Assembly: GCA_025453675.1 (NCBI GenBank)
Contig: JALOPW010000002.1
Span: 17,913-81,912 of the forward strand
Reading direction: 5' to 3'
Source: Methanolinea sp.
GTDB taxonomy: Archaea; Halobacteriota; Methanomicrobia; Methanomicrobiales; Methanospirillaceae
DNA: 64,000 nucleotides
Under the pieces are notes generated by a model. That model was not told where the DNA came from. It did no database searches and saw only the letters and a program-made list of their open reading frames with translations. Shown here in pieces: positions 18,544 through 27,773 of the stretch. The translations under genes and the position numbers were made by a program. The stretch's first letter is position 1; each line of letters starts with the position of its first letter.

Positions 18544-19005
18544 CTACTTAATGGTTCTTTTTGGCATGGCACCACAGACCGGGCACTCACCAGGGCCGTC
18601 GGTATACCGCCCGCACCCAGGACACCGGAACCTCCAAATCCTCTTCCTTGCTCTCCTCTGCTGGAGCGGGCACACCATAAGACCGAGGTGCTGGGCAACG
18701 TTCTGGAGGGCAAAATCATCGGAGACCACCTCTGCTGTGATCTCCAGTGCAAGCGCCAGGAGCTCACGGTCAGCGGGGGAGAGCACCCCCTCATCCCCAC
18801 TCCCGGCAGAGACCTGCGTCACTTTCCGGAGGGAGTCGCGGCCGGGTGCAACCACCCGCATCCCGGCGGCAGAGAGGGCCTCGAACCGGCACCGGGACCG
18901 GGTATCGGCAAGTTCGTCCACCACCAGGGGCGTGGTGAAGATCTCCCCCTCCAGCGGTATCTCCAGGAAGAAGGCTGTTGCGTCAAGTACCCGCCGCACG
19001 GACAA
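18544..19005 (-). CDS. nob1: Nob1-type PIN-domain endonuclease with a C-terminal zinc ribbon (16S rRNA 3'-end maturation)
   Basis: N-terminal VLDATAF... and SDDFALQNVA (PIN), then CPGCGRY...CPVCG (zinc ribbon). 153 aa, typical archaeal Nob1 size. Confidence 0.8.
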   Translation of the reverse strand: MSVRRVLDATAFFLEIPLEGEIFTTPLVVDELADTRSRCRFEALSAAGMRVVAPGRDSLRKVTQVSAGSGDEGVLSPADRELLALALEITAEVVSDDFALQNVAQHLGLMVCPLQQRRARKRIWRFRCPGCGRYTDGPGECPVCGAMPKRTIK

Positions 19006-19981
19006 ACCTCGTCACCCCCTCTCCCGATACCTCGACAGGCCATCCAAACTGCTCCAGCAGCCAGCACATGGTCCGGGCATGCAATGAACAGGTGCGGGCG
19101 GTGTAGGACCCTCCCGCACAGGCAAGGTAGATGAGGAGCTGATCTGCCAGGAACGAATCGACCATGCCCCCACCGTTCATCTCGTCCATGAGGATAAGGG
19201 CAGCCTCCTCCCCCACTTTCTCTGCAGGATACCCCCGTCTCCCGATCCCGATCCCCCCCATCCAGTCCATCCACACCGTGCAGGAACTTCCGGTCCCCGG
19301 CCCCGGCCTCGCATCCAGCTCTTCCGGGAACGAGAGGCCCGTGTGGCGGGAGAGCAGTGACGCGGCGGCCCTGGCCTGCCTCTCTGCCACGTGTGAGGGG
19401 AGTCCGGCACTGCAGGAGCAGACTCCACGGTGTGCCTCCTGCCTGCGGCGGTCGGGGTTTATTGGTTGCAACATGGATGGTTCTGCCTCCACCCTCACTA
19501 TCCCTCCGCCTTTTGGATAATACCCGCGCCTCCGAATCTCAAGCGAGACCCGGGCCCCATGCATCTCGAGGAGGGGAATGAGGAGGCGGGCAAGGTAATC
19601 GATGGTGGGGCTCCGCGCCACCTCCGTCCCCCCGGTGAGGGTGATCTTTCCTCCCACACGTATCGCCACGGGGAGCCAGGCCTGGATCACCAGGGGGATG
19701 CTCCCTGCGGTGCCGACATCCAACACTATCTCGTTCCGGGATGGTGGGCCGGGGAGGAACGTCAGTTCCCTGCTGCCGCGGGCACACCCCGAGACCTCCG
19801 CATTGCAGGCCGCTGCAACTGCCAGGACCGCGGTAAGATGCTGGGGCCGGAGACCGGGCTGCTCCCTCCCTGCCCTGATTCGCTCTACACGGACGGGTGT
19901 GCCGGTCAGGGCTGAAAGAGCCACAGATGCCCGGACGATCTGCCCGCCACCTTCCAGGAATGCCCCATCTATCACCAGCAT
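18983..19981 (-). CDS. rtcA: RNA 3'-terminal phosphate cyclase
   Basis: MLVIDGAFLEGGGQIVRASVALSALTG.PV....IRA.R..PGLRPQHL is the RtcA N-terminal signature. ATG at 19981 (the ORF track starts at 20029). Overlaps the prs stop. Confidence 0.9.
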   Translation of the reverse strand: MLVIDGAFLEGGGQIVRASVALSALTGTPVRVERIRAGREQPGLRPQHLTAVLAVAAACNAEVSGCARGSRELTFLPGPPSRNEIVLDVGTAGSIPLVIQAWLPVAIRVGGKITLTGGTEVARSPTIDYLARLLIPLLEMHGARVSLEIRRRGYYPKGGGIVRVEAEPSMLQPINPDRRRQEAHRGVCSCSAGLPSHVAERQARAAASLLSRHTGLSFPEELDARPGPGTGSSCTVWMDWMGGIGIGRRGYPAEKVGEEAALILMDEMNGGGMVDSFLADQLLIYLACAGGSYTARTCSLHARTMCWLLEQFGWPVEVSGEGVTRFVRAAGT

Positions 19982-20823
19982 CCTTGTATCCCGTCGGCGA
20001 TGGCACTCCCTGCCGAGTAGCGGCTGCATGCCCTCTCCAAAGTATCACTGCAGACCACTTCGCGTATCCCGGTGGCGAGCAGGCGGACGTAGGCCCCTTC
20101 TGCCAGGACCCCGTGTACGCATGCAGAGGAGACACTCCGGGCACCCTGTGCCTGGAGCATGGTCGCAGCCATGGCCAGGGTACCGCCGGTAGAGATGATG
20201 TCATCCACGATCACCACGTCCCGGTCTTTCGCTTCCAGATGCTTGGGCTCCATCCTCACCTCTTCGCCGCTCATCCGGGTCTTCTCGAGGTGATCCGTCT
20301 CCCAGCCGCAGGTGCCGGCAACCTGCCCGGCAAATGAGGCCGCACCATCGTCAGGGGCCAGTATGAGGGGATGATGGAGAGGGTGGGAGCCGAGGTAGCG
20401 CCCGATCTCTCCGGCAAGGCTGATGTCATGTGCAGGCACCCGGAAATGGGAGAGCACCGCCCGGTCATGCACGTTCACCGAGAAGATCCTTGATACCCCG
20501 GTCGAGAGCGCCCTGGCAATGGCCCTCGCGCTGAGAGGCTCACCTGCATGGACCTGCTTGTCCTGCCGGGCATAGCCCAGGTAGGGGATTACAAGGGTGT
20601 TCTCGGCACCTTCGCAGGCATCGATGAGGAGAAGGAGCTGTACCAGGGCATCTGCATGGGGGACGCTTCCCACTATGACCATCTCCCGATCGATGGCTGC
20701 CATCCGGAGGTAATGCTCACCGTCAGGGAACCGGGTGAACCGCACCCCGCCCAATGGACAATCAAGGGCTTTTGCGACGTTTGCGGCCAGGATCTGGGAA
20801 TATTCTGTGCTTACGACCAACAT
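19972..20823 (-). CDS. prs: Ribose-phosphate pyrophosphokinase (PRPP synthase)
   Basis: RFPDGE, YARQD(K) and VIVDDIISTGGT motifs. The internal Met (MLVVSTEYSQ...) at 20823 fits the family N-terminus. Confidence 0.9.
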   Translation of the reverse strand: MLVVSTEYSQILAANVAKALDCPLGGVRFTRFPDGEHYLRMAAIDREMVIVGSVPHADALVQLLLLIDACEGAENTLVIPYLGYARQDKQVHAGEPLSARAIARALSTGVSRIFSVNVHDRAVLSHFRVPAHDISLAGEIGRYLGSHPLHHPLILAPDDGAASFAGQVAGTCGWETDHLEKTRMSGEEVRMEPKHLEAKDRDVVIVDDIISTGGTLAMAATMLQAQGARSVSSACVHGVLAEGAYVRLLATGIREVVCSDTLERACSRYSAGSAIADGIQGCW

Positions 20824-20907
20824 ATCCGCTACCTCAGGCTGAAAGTACTTAAACGAGCAGGAATACATTATATCACTATCTCAGGGTGAGAAGAGGTCAA
20901 TTTTCGC

Positions 20908-22824
20908 ATGGGAACCGAGCAGATCATTGAGGAGAGTCAGGAAGAGGAGAGCCCCGTGGAGGTTTCAATGGAGAACTCCGCCCAGGTGGAAGTTCCTGTA
21001 TCCCTCATCGACCAGGTGATCGGACAGGAGCATGGCGTCGAGGTGATAAAGAAAGCCGCCACCCAGAGACGCCACGTCATGATGATCGGGAGCCCCGGCA
21101 CTGGGAAGTCAATGCTTGCAAAAGCCATGGCCGAGCTCCTCCCTAAAGAGGAGATGCAGGATATCCTCGTGTATCCGAACTCGGATGACCCGAATAACCC
21201 CATTGTAAGAACGGTCCCCTCCGGCCGAGGGAAGCAGATCGTCGCCGCACACAAGGCGGAGGCCCGAAAAAAGATACAACTGCGCAACACGCTCCTGATG
21301 CTCCTCCTCATCGGGATCATCGGGTACGCCTTTATCACCTACCAGTGGCTGATGGGGATCATCGCCGCAGCCTTTGTCTTCATGGCCCTCCGCTATGCCA
21401 CACCGCGGGAGGAGTCCATGGTCCCGAAGCTCCTGGTCTCCAATGACACCACCACTACCGCACCCTTCATCGATGCCACCGGTTCCCATGCAGGGGCGCT
21501 CCTCGGGGACGTCCGGCACGACCCGTTCCAGAGCGGCGGCCTTGAGACCCCGAGCCACGACAGGGTGGAGGCCGGGGCTATCCACAGGTCCCACAAGGGG
21601 GTTCTCTTCATCGACGAGATCAACACCCTCACCCCCCATTCCCAGCAGAACCTCCTCACCGCACTCCAGGAGGGGGAGTTCCCCATCACCGGGCAGAGTG
21701 AGCGTTCCAGCGGGGCGATGGTCAGGACCGAGCCCGTCCCCTGCAAGTTCATCATGATCGCCGCAGGAAACCTGGACGCCATCCAGGGGATGCACCCGGC
21801 GCTCCGCTCGCGTATCCGGGGCTACGGGTACGAGGTTTACATGAGCGAGAGCATGCTGGACACCCCCGAGAACAGGGAGAAGTTCATCCGCTTCATCGCA
21901 CAGGAGGTGAAGAACGACGGCAAGATCCCCCACTTTGACAAGGGCGCCATGGAAGAGATCATCCGTGAGGCCCGCCGGCGTTCCAACCGGAAGGGGCACC
22001 TCACCCTCAAGCTCCGGGACATGGGTGGGCTCATCCGGGTGGCGGGAGACCTGGCCCGGCAGCAGGGTGCAGAGGTGACCACCGCAGACCATGTCATCGC
22101 TGCCAAGAAGACCGCGAGATCCATCGAGGACCAGGTCTCAGACGAATACATCCACCGCAGCAGGGAATACGAACTTACCGTGGTGGAAGGGACCAGGATT
22201 GGCCGGGTGAACGGGCTTGCGGTGATGGGAAGCGATTCCGGCTCGGTGCTCCCCATCATGGCCGAGGTCACCCCTGCCCAGGGAGCCAGCGGGACGGTGA
22301 TCGCCACCGGCATGCTGAAAGAGATTGCACAGGAATCTATCAAGAACGTGAGTGCGATCCTGAAGAAGTTCACAGGAAAGGACATCAAGAACATGGATGT
22401 CCACATCCAGTTCATCGGCACCTACGGAGGAGTGGAGGGTGACTCCGCCTCCATCAGCGTGGCCACTGCAGTGATCAGTGCTATCGAGAGCATCCCTGTC
22501 CGCCAGGATATCGGCATGACCGGATCCCTCTCTGTCCGCGGGGACGTGCTCCCCGTCGGGGGAGTTACCTTCAAGATCGAGGCGGCCGCCAAGGCAGGGA
22601 TCAAGACCGTGCTCATCCCCAGGGCGAATATCGAGGATGTCCTGATCGAGGAGCGCTACCAGTCCATGGTCACGATCATCCCGGTCGACTATATCGAGGA
22701 TGTATTAAAGATCGCATTGGTGCCTGAGAACCGTGAAGGCTTCCTGAACAAGCTGCGCAAGATGGCCACCACTCCTTCCGGGCCATTCCTGGACCCTTCC
22801 GGGATCTCTACATCCCCGGCGTGA
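20908..22824 (+). CDS. lonB: Archaeal membrane-bound Lon protease (LonB)
   Basis: Walker [14 protein letters not shown], a TM hairpin inserted in the AAA+ domain ([14 protein letters not shown]...AAAFVFMAL), and a protease domain with [15 protein letters not shown] (catalytic Ser). Confidence 0.95.
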   Translation: MGTEQIIEESQEEESPVEVSMENSAQVEVPVSLIDQVIGQEHGVEVIKKAATQRRHVMMIGSPGTGKSMLAKAMAELLPKEEMQDILVYPNSDDPNNPIVRTVPSGRGKQIVAAHKAEARKKIQLRNTLLMLLLIGIIGYAFITYQWLMGIIAAAFVFMALRYATPREESMVPKLLVSNDTTTTAPFIDATGSHAGALLGDVRHDPFQSGGLETPSHDRVEAGAIHRSHKGVLFIDEINTLTPHSQQNLLTALQEGEFPITGQSERSSGAMVRTEPVPCKFIMIAAGNLDAIQGMHPALRSRIRGYGYEVYMSESMLDTPENREKFIRFIAQEVKNDGKIPHFDKGAMEEIIREARRRSNRKGHLTLKLRDMGGLIRVAGDLARQQGAEVTTADHVIAAKKTARSIEDQVSDEYIHRSREYELTVVEGTRIGRVNGLAVMGSDSGSVLPIMAEVTPAQGASGTVIATGMLKEIAQESIKNVSAILKKFTGKDIKNMDVHIQFIGTYGGVEGDSASISVATAVISAIESIPVRQDIGMTGSLSVRGDVLPVGGVTFKIEAAAKAGIKTVLIPRANIEDVLIEERYQSMVTIIPVDYIEDVLKIALVPENREGFLNKLRKMATTPSGPFLDPSGISTSPA

Positions 22825-22828
22825 AGTC

Positions 22829-24160
22829 ATGACCGGGGTCCGCTATTTTGACGTCCGCCACGTGACAGGCACTGTCACCCACATCGATATCGACAACACC
22901 CGGGTGGAGTCTGCAGGTACCTCGTTCGTCGACCGTGCAATCCTCCGGGTACTTGGCCCCAGGGGCTGGGGCATCCTGGCCATCGACCATTATACGCGGC
23001 CCGGCGGGAGATCTTTCCAGGAACTCCTGGAGAAGGCCGGACGGCTTGCATCGCTCACCGGCCAGGAGGTGATCCTGGCAGATGTTCCCACCGGGAGCCT
23101 CCCGGTCCCTCACATGAAGGAGGACCCCGGGTCAGTGGATATCCAGGAGAAGCAGCAACTGCTGGCAGAGGTGGAGAAGAGTGCCCGCATCGAGGGTATC
23201 AGGAGCACCCGGGCCAGTTATATCGAGCGCCTGGAGGAGGTGCGGTTCGAGGACAGCAGCGGCAACGAGTCTCATTACACCCTCAGCAGGTCCGGCTACT
23301 CCATCCTCGCAGTGGCAGGAAGGGGGAGTGACATGCAGATGGGATACCAGCGCAAGCACACCCTCCAGGACTTCAACCTGCGTCACCGCCAGGAGGACGG
23401 AAGGGTCGCCGCCGGGAGGGCCATCGCACTCCTTGATGCCAGGGCACCGAGGGGGGGGACCATGCACGCGGTGCTGGACCCGGAACTTGCCGGCGTATTC
23501 GCCCACGAAGCGGTGGGCCACGCGAGCGAGGCCGACCTCGTGCAGGAAGGGAGCTCGGTGCTCGGGGGTACTATCGGCGAGCGGATAGGGAGTCCGGCAG
23601 TGACAATCGTCGATGACCCCTCGCTCCCCGAGTTCGGGTTCGAACCCCTGGACGCCGAGGGGAGCAGGGTGAGCAGGACCGAGATCATCAGGGAAGGGGT
23701 GGTGCAGGCATTCCTCCATAGCAGGGAGACCCTGGCTGCGGTGGGGCACGGCCATGCGGGGAACGCCAGGGCCATGCCGGGGGAGCCTCCCCAGGTCCGG
23801 ATGAGCAACACCTACATAGAGAACGGGGACAGTTCGTTTGAAGAGATGATCAGGGAGTGCAGGTCCGGGATCCTCCTCAAGGGGACCCGGGGCGGACAGG
23901 TGGATCCCGGGAGGGGAGTCTTCCAGTTCAATGCCGAGTACGGCTATCACATTGAGGACGGCGAGGTCGGGGCCATGGTGAGGGATGTCTCGCTCTCGGG
24001 CGAGATACTGCAGACCCTGCACTCGATCTCGCTCTGTGCACGTGACCGGTCTATGCACCAGGGGTATTGCGGCAAGGGCGGGCAGAGCGTGCCGGTAAGT
24101 GACGGGGCTCCGCATGTCCTGCTGATGAACGCGGTGGTGGGTGGCAGTGGATCTGATTGA
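22829..24160 (+). CDS. tldD: TldD-type metalloprotease subunit (TldD/PmbA family, with HExxxH)
   Basis: 443 aa. FAHEAVGHASEAD carries HExxxH, and the C-terminal CGKGGQSVPVSDGAPH.L is typical of the family. Confidence 0.88.
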   Translation: MTGVRYFDVRHVTGTVTHIDIDNTRVESAGTSFVDRAILRVLGPRGWGILAIDHYTRPGGRSFQELLEKAGRLASLTGQEVILADVPTGSLPVPHMKEDPGSVDIQEKQQLLAEVEKSARIEGIRSTRASYIERLEEVRFEDSSGNESHYTLSRSGYSILAVAGRGSDMQMGYQRKHTLQDFNLRHRQEDGRVAAGRAIALLDARAPRGGTMHAVLDPELAGVFAHEAVGHASEADLVQEGSSVLGGTIGERIGSPAVTIVDDPSLPEFGFEPLDAEGSRVSRTEIIREGVVQAFLHSRETLAAVGHGHAGNARAMPGEPPQVRMSNTYIENGDSSFEEMIRECRSGILLKGTRGGQVDPGRGVFQFNAEYGYHIEDGEVGAMVRDVSLSGEILQTLHSISLCARDRSMHQGYCGKGGQSVPVSDGAPHVLLMNAVVGGSGSD

Positions 24161-25430
24161 CCGCATCATCAAAAGGGGTGAGGAACGGGTCGATGAACTG
24201 GAGGTCTACCTCTTCTCGGGGTCTTCGGTCACTGCACGGCTGAAGAAGCGGGAGATCCACTATGCGTCCGGGTCGGAACACCATGGGCTCTCGCTCCGTG
24301 TCATCCATGAAGGGCGGATAGGGATCTCCGCGACCAGCAACCCGGAGCGGTGGGACGCCTGCCTTGATGCCGCGATTGCCAGCGCCCGCCTCGCGACCCC
24401 GCAGGACTGGGCAGGGCTGCCCGGGCCTGGTGATCTCGATCCCGCCCCGCTGAATTTCGACCCGGAGGTCACCCCCGACGCTGAGACCACCCGTGAACTC
24501 CTGCTCCGGCTCCTGGAGGGAACCGGGGCCTACCCGGTGGAGATCACTTCGGGGAGCGCCGAGGTCTCCCGATATACCGGAATCCTCGCCAACAGCAGCG
24601 GACTCTGTTACCAGGACCAGGAGAGCTCGGTGAGCGTCGGGGTGGAGACCATCATGGAGCAGTCCACGGGGTACGAGTTTGAGACCTCCTGGAAGATGGA
24701 TATCGACCCCCGCGAGGTGGGAGAGAAGGCGGCGTACCTGGCCTACTCGTCGCATGGCGGCAGGGAGATCGGGACCGGACCATATGACGTGGTCCTCTCC
24801 CCGGTGGCGCTCTCCCAGTTCCTCGGGGGCGTGTATTTCCCTGCGCTGAGCGGGAAGAACGTCCATGCCGGCCGCTCCCGGCTGGCCCCCTCCCTCTCTC
24901 AGCAGGTCATGGACAGGACCCTCTCGCTCATCGATGAGCCCCTCCACCCCAGGGGACTTTCGAGTTGCCGGTGGGATGGGGAGGGGACCCCGACAAGGAG
25001 GGTGAACTTCGTGGAGAAGGGGATACTCCATGAATTTGCCTACGACCTGAAGACGGCATACCGGTACGGAAAAGAGAGCACCGGGAGCGCTGTCCGGGGC
25101 GGCCACGGGGGGTCCCCGACTATTGGGACCCACACACTCACTTTTGAGGGGCCGAGAGGGGGTGTCCTCGATGACGAGGTGGTGCACATCCACGACGTGG
25201 TCGGAGCTCACACCGCAAACCCCCTTACCGGCGACTTCTCCGTGGAACTCTCCAACGCCTATTTCATGCGGGACGGGACTGTTGAGTTCCCCATCAGGAA
25301 GGCCATGCTCTCCGGGAACGTCTTTGATATGTTCAGAGAGACCGGGGGGCTCTCCCCCGGGGAGAGGGTGATGGGGTCCATGGTCCTCCCGGAGATAAGA
25401 TTAAAAAACCTGGCGATCATTGGTAATTAG
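24141..25430 (+). CDS. pmbA: PmbA/TldE-type subunit (TldD/PmbA family, no HExxxH)
   Basis: 429 aa of the same fold family (..GAHTANPLTGDFSVE...). I could not find an HExxxH motif. Its GTG start overlaps the tldD end by 20 nt. Confidence 0.82.
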   Translation: MAVDLIDRIIKRGEERVDELEVYLFSGSSVTARLKKREIHYASGSEHHGLSLRVIHEGRIGISATSNPERWDACLDAAIASARLATPQDWAGLPGPGDLDPAPLNFDPEVTPDAETTRELLLRLLEGTGAYPVEITSGSAEVSRYTGILANSSGLCYQDQESSVSVGVETIMEQSTGYEFETSWKMDIDPREVGEKAAYLAYSSHGGREIGTGPYDVVLSPVALSQFLGGVYFPALSGKNVHAGRSRLAPSLSQQVMDRTLSLIDEPLHPRGLSSCRWDGEGTPTRRVNFVEKGILHEFAYDLKTAYRYGKESTGSAVRGGHGGSPTIGTHTLTFEGPRGGVLDDEVVHIHDVVGAHTANPLTGDFSVELSNAYFMRDGTVEFPIRKAMLSGNVFDMFRETGGLSPGERVMGSMVLPEIRLKNLAIIGN

Positions 25431-25432
25431 GC

Positions 25433-25699
25433 ATGAATGTAGATTTCGCAGTCCTCATTGCCGGAATCATCATTGCAGTGGTGCTCTTCTTCATCATCAA
25501 GGATATCACGAAGCTGATAATCAACTCTATCCTTGGCCTCCTCATCCTCTTCTTCACAAACCTGTTCAACGTCATGGGAAGCCTGGGAAAGCCCGATATC
25601 CCCTATTCCCTGGTCAATATCCTCCTCTGCATCCTGGGGGGAATCCCGGGGGCACTCATCGTGATCGTGCTCCACCTGCTGGGGATTGAGGGGTTCTAG
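25433..25699 (+). CDS. BofA-like small two-TM membrane protein (pro-sigmaK processing inhibitor family)
   Basis: 88 aa. ...TNLFNVMG.....IPYSLVNILLCILGGIPGALIVIVL parallels my memory of B. subtilis BofA (VNMFG...IPINLVT...ILGIPGIAALVVI). Starts 2 nt after the pmbA stop. Confidence 0.6.
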   Translation: MNVDFAVLIAGIIIAVVLFFIIKDITKLIINSILGLLILFFTNLFNVMGSLGKPDIPYSLVNILLCILGGIPGALIVIVLHLLGIEGF

Positions 25700-25748
25700 G
25701 AAGGGGATTTTCAGTTTTGTATCTCGTCTCAATAGCGAGTATTCATTG

Positions 25749-26020
25749 AGGGGGATGGGGTGAATCCCCCTCCCGACCAAACCCCACGTATCCCCCGCAG
25801 GCCCTCTGGCCTATCGCACTTTGGGGTCGCCACAGCGGCCGGGGCATCAGCCCCAGGAACGTCTGAGAGGGAGTGCGGTTTTTCATTTTCTCTGCCAGGA
25901 TGGGGAGAATCCCATTCCGGGGCCGCTCCCATGCATACCCCCGCAGTCGCATCAAATCGTAGCTTTCTTTTGACAGGAGGAGGTCTCACCCCCGGAGCCA
26001 CCCCTGCGTTTCCCCCGCAG
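25749..26020 (-). repeat. Inverted, diverged and internally shortened copy of the dispersed intergenic repeat
   Basis: The reverse complement reads CCGCACTCCCTCTCAGACGTTCCTGGGGCTGA..GTGGCGACCCCAAAGTGCGATAGGCC..GGTCGGGAGGGGGATTCACCCCATCCCCCTC, which parallels 42123-42295. It retains a 9-bp hairpin, GAGGGGGAT/ATCCCCCTC. Confidence 0.65.
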
Positions 26021-26044
26021 CAGCGGGCTTTTTGCCCGCTGCTG
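26018..26044. terminator. Perfect 11-bp hairpin with a T5/A5 loop between convergent genes (candidate bidirectional terminator)
   Basis: CAGCAGCGGGC-TTTTT-GCCCGCTGCTG ends 2 nt before the stop (26046) of the minus-strand KaiC-like gene. Confidence 0.45.
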
Positions 26045-26045
26045 G

Positions 26046-26747
26046 TTAAAACACGTTCGCTTCCGTGTACACCAGCACATGCTGCCCCTGCTGGATCTCG
26101 TAGGGCTTGATCTCCCGGGAATGGGCGGAGAGCCGCATCTTGACCACCTCGAGCGCCAGGTGGACATCGGTGAGATCTGAAGGGCGGACGTAACGGAGGA
26201 GGATCACGGTATCGGCGAGGTACTCGATGAGGTTATGGCGGCTGGCGAAGGCGTTGTCCTTGTCGGTCTCGCTGGTTATTACGATGGTGCAGTGCTGGTC
26301 CCGCAGGGTGTCGACGAACCGGAACATCTCCCTCCTCCGGTCGGAGTCACGGTCAAACAGGTCTTCAAAGAGCGAGATCGGGTCGATCACCACCCGCTTC
26401 GCCCCGACCTGCTTCACCAGCGCAGGGAGCTCGTTCTTGATGCTGTTGATGGCCAGGTTGAAGTCCGAGGGGTCGAGCTTCAGCACCGAGAGAGCTTTTC
26501 CGCGGTAGGGGGCAGTGTCCCATCCCTTCTCGTCCATGTAGCGGAGGAGGCGATCCTCCCGCTCCTCCAGGCTGATGTAAATGACATTTTCTCCATTCGT
26601 GAGCCCCTCCCAGATGAACTCCAGGGCAAAGGTGGTCTTTCCTGTACCATAGGTGCCGATGATGGCGCAGATGCTCCCGTCGATAAGCCCCCCTCCCATC
26701 ATCTGGTCCAGGCCCTCGATCCCAATCCTGACCCGCTCCCCGGTCAT
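26046..26747 (-). CDS. KaiC/RecA-superfamily ATPase, single domain (canonical P-loop)
   Basis: 233 aa. IGIEGLDQMMGGGL, Walker A GTYGTGKTTFALEF, ISLEE, and Walker B KRVVIDPIS. Confidence 0.85.
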   Translation of the reverse strand: MTGERVRIGIEGLDQMMGGGLIDGSICAIIGTYGTGKTTFALEFIWEGLTNGENVIYISLEEREDRLLRYMDEKGWDTAPYRGKALSVLKLDPSDFNLAINSIKNELPALVKQVGAKRVVIDPISLFEDLFDRDSDRRREMFRFVDTLRDQHCTIVITSETDKDNAFASRHNLIEYLADTVILLRYVRPSDLTDVHLALEVVKMRLSAHSREIKPYEIQQGQHVLVYTEANVF

Positions 26748-27544
26748 ATGACCACCCGGATGTTGCTCACATCGAACCCTTCCGTAGAGGAGATACGCAC
26801 GGCAAACTTCACCAGGTCCTTCTCTTCAAGGTGGGGCATCAGCCCCCGGAACTTCTCGATGTACATCACCCTCTGCCTCCTGGCCCCGGTGGTCTCCTCC
26901 CACCGGAAGAAGAGGACCGCGTCCGCCGCATCTGCCACCTCCAGTTCCCGGGGGGGATCCAGGATGCCCTTGGTGAGCAGGAGATAGACCGTGGTGTTCC
27001 ACTCCTTGGCCACCCGTTGCAGGCCGCGTAAGAACGCTGAAAAATCATTCCACTTCCCGGTCTTGTTGTACTGAGTGGCCAGGTCAGTGATGGAATCGAG
27101 CACGACCAGGCTGTTTTTCGGTATCGTATTCAACTGGGATGCAAGGTATGCGAGGATCTGGTCATGCTCCCCCCGTGACTGGAGCCTGGAGATGATATCC
27201 TTGTCCGAGTACCATTCCAGGGGAATGATGCTCGAATCAAAATAGATCTGGGAGAGATCCTTGAATTTCACGTCCTCGAGTGCCCGGGTCATGTCGGGGT
27301 GAAAGGAGCGCCGCATCTCCCCGAGGATATCATCCTCCCCCTTGGTGAAGGTGACATAGGTGATCTCTTCAGGAAGGAGGAGGTGCTCCTGCACCGGGTT
27401 ATGCTTCATCCTGGAGAGGAGCAGGATGGAACTGTAGACAAATTCGCTGTTCCCAGCCCCGATGTCCCCCAGGAGGAGGATGAGCGATCCGGGTGGGACT
27501 CCCCCCTCCATCACCGGGTCCAGGGATGCAATACCAGTTGGCAT
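26744..27544 (-). CDS. KaiC/RecA-like paralog with a degenerate Walker A (Lys replaced by Asn)
   Basis: MPTGIASLDPVMEGGVPPGSLILLLGDIGAGNSEF... The P-loop reads GDIGAGNS. Walker B-like SLVVLDSITDL is retained. ATGA overlap with the downstream KaiC-like gene. ATG at 27544 (the ORF track starts at 27589). Confidence 0.75.
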   Translation of the reverse strand: MPTGIASLDPVMEGGVPPGSLILLLGDIGAGNSEFVYSSILLLSRMKHNPVQEHLLLPEEITYVTFTKGEDDILGEMRRSFHPDMTRALEDVKFKDLSQIYFDSSIIPLEWYSDKDIISRLQSRGEHDQILAYLASQLNTIPKNSLVVLDSITDLATQYNKTGKWNDFSAFLRGLQRVAKEWNTTVYLLLTKGILDPPRELEVADAADAVLFFRWEETTGARRQRVMYIEKFRGLMPHLEEKDLVKFAVRISSTEGFDVSNIRVVI

Positions 27545-27579
27545 TGTCCGGCGCGGCGTATCGTGCATGCAGAACCTCA

Positions 27580-27587
27580 GATATACC
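27580..27587 (-). promoter_or_regulatory. TATA-like element for the KaiC-like gene pair
   Basis: The minus strand has GGTATATC 36-43 nt upstream of ATG 27544. Confidence 0.35.
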
Positions 27588-27695
27588 ATGAAGAATGAGG
27601 GTCCCCGGATACATGTAGATTTCTGTCAGACAGGAAAAGTATCCTGTTGCCGGGCACCATTTCCGTCTCCATCTGCGGGCTCCGCCAATCATGCA

Positions 27696-27704
27696 TTTAT
27701 ATAT
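27696..27704 (+). promoter_or_regulatory. TATA box for the FlaI/FlaJ-like operon
   Basis: TTTATATAT sits in an AT-rich patch, 70 nt upstream of the in-frame GTG at 27774. Confidence 0.4.
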
Positions 27705-27773
27705 GTATGCAGGGATACCAATCCTACAGAAGACGACGCGCCCAGGGCCTGGCCGCAGGAGCAGGGGAATTTC

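Noticed and set aside
27462-27773. Upstream 104 codons of the FlaI-like ORF.
   Set aside because: They overlap the 5' end of the divergent KaiC-like gene and an AT-rich TATA-containing spacer. The translated sequence is Cys/Pro-rich and unlike FlaI N-termini. GTG 27774 gives a family-typical length of about 554 aa. The start remains uncertain.
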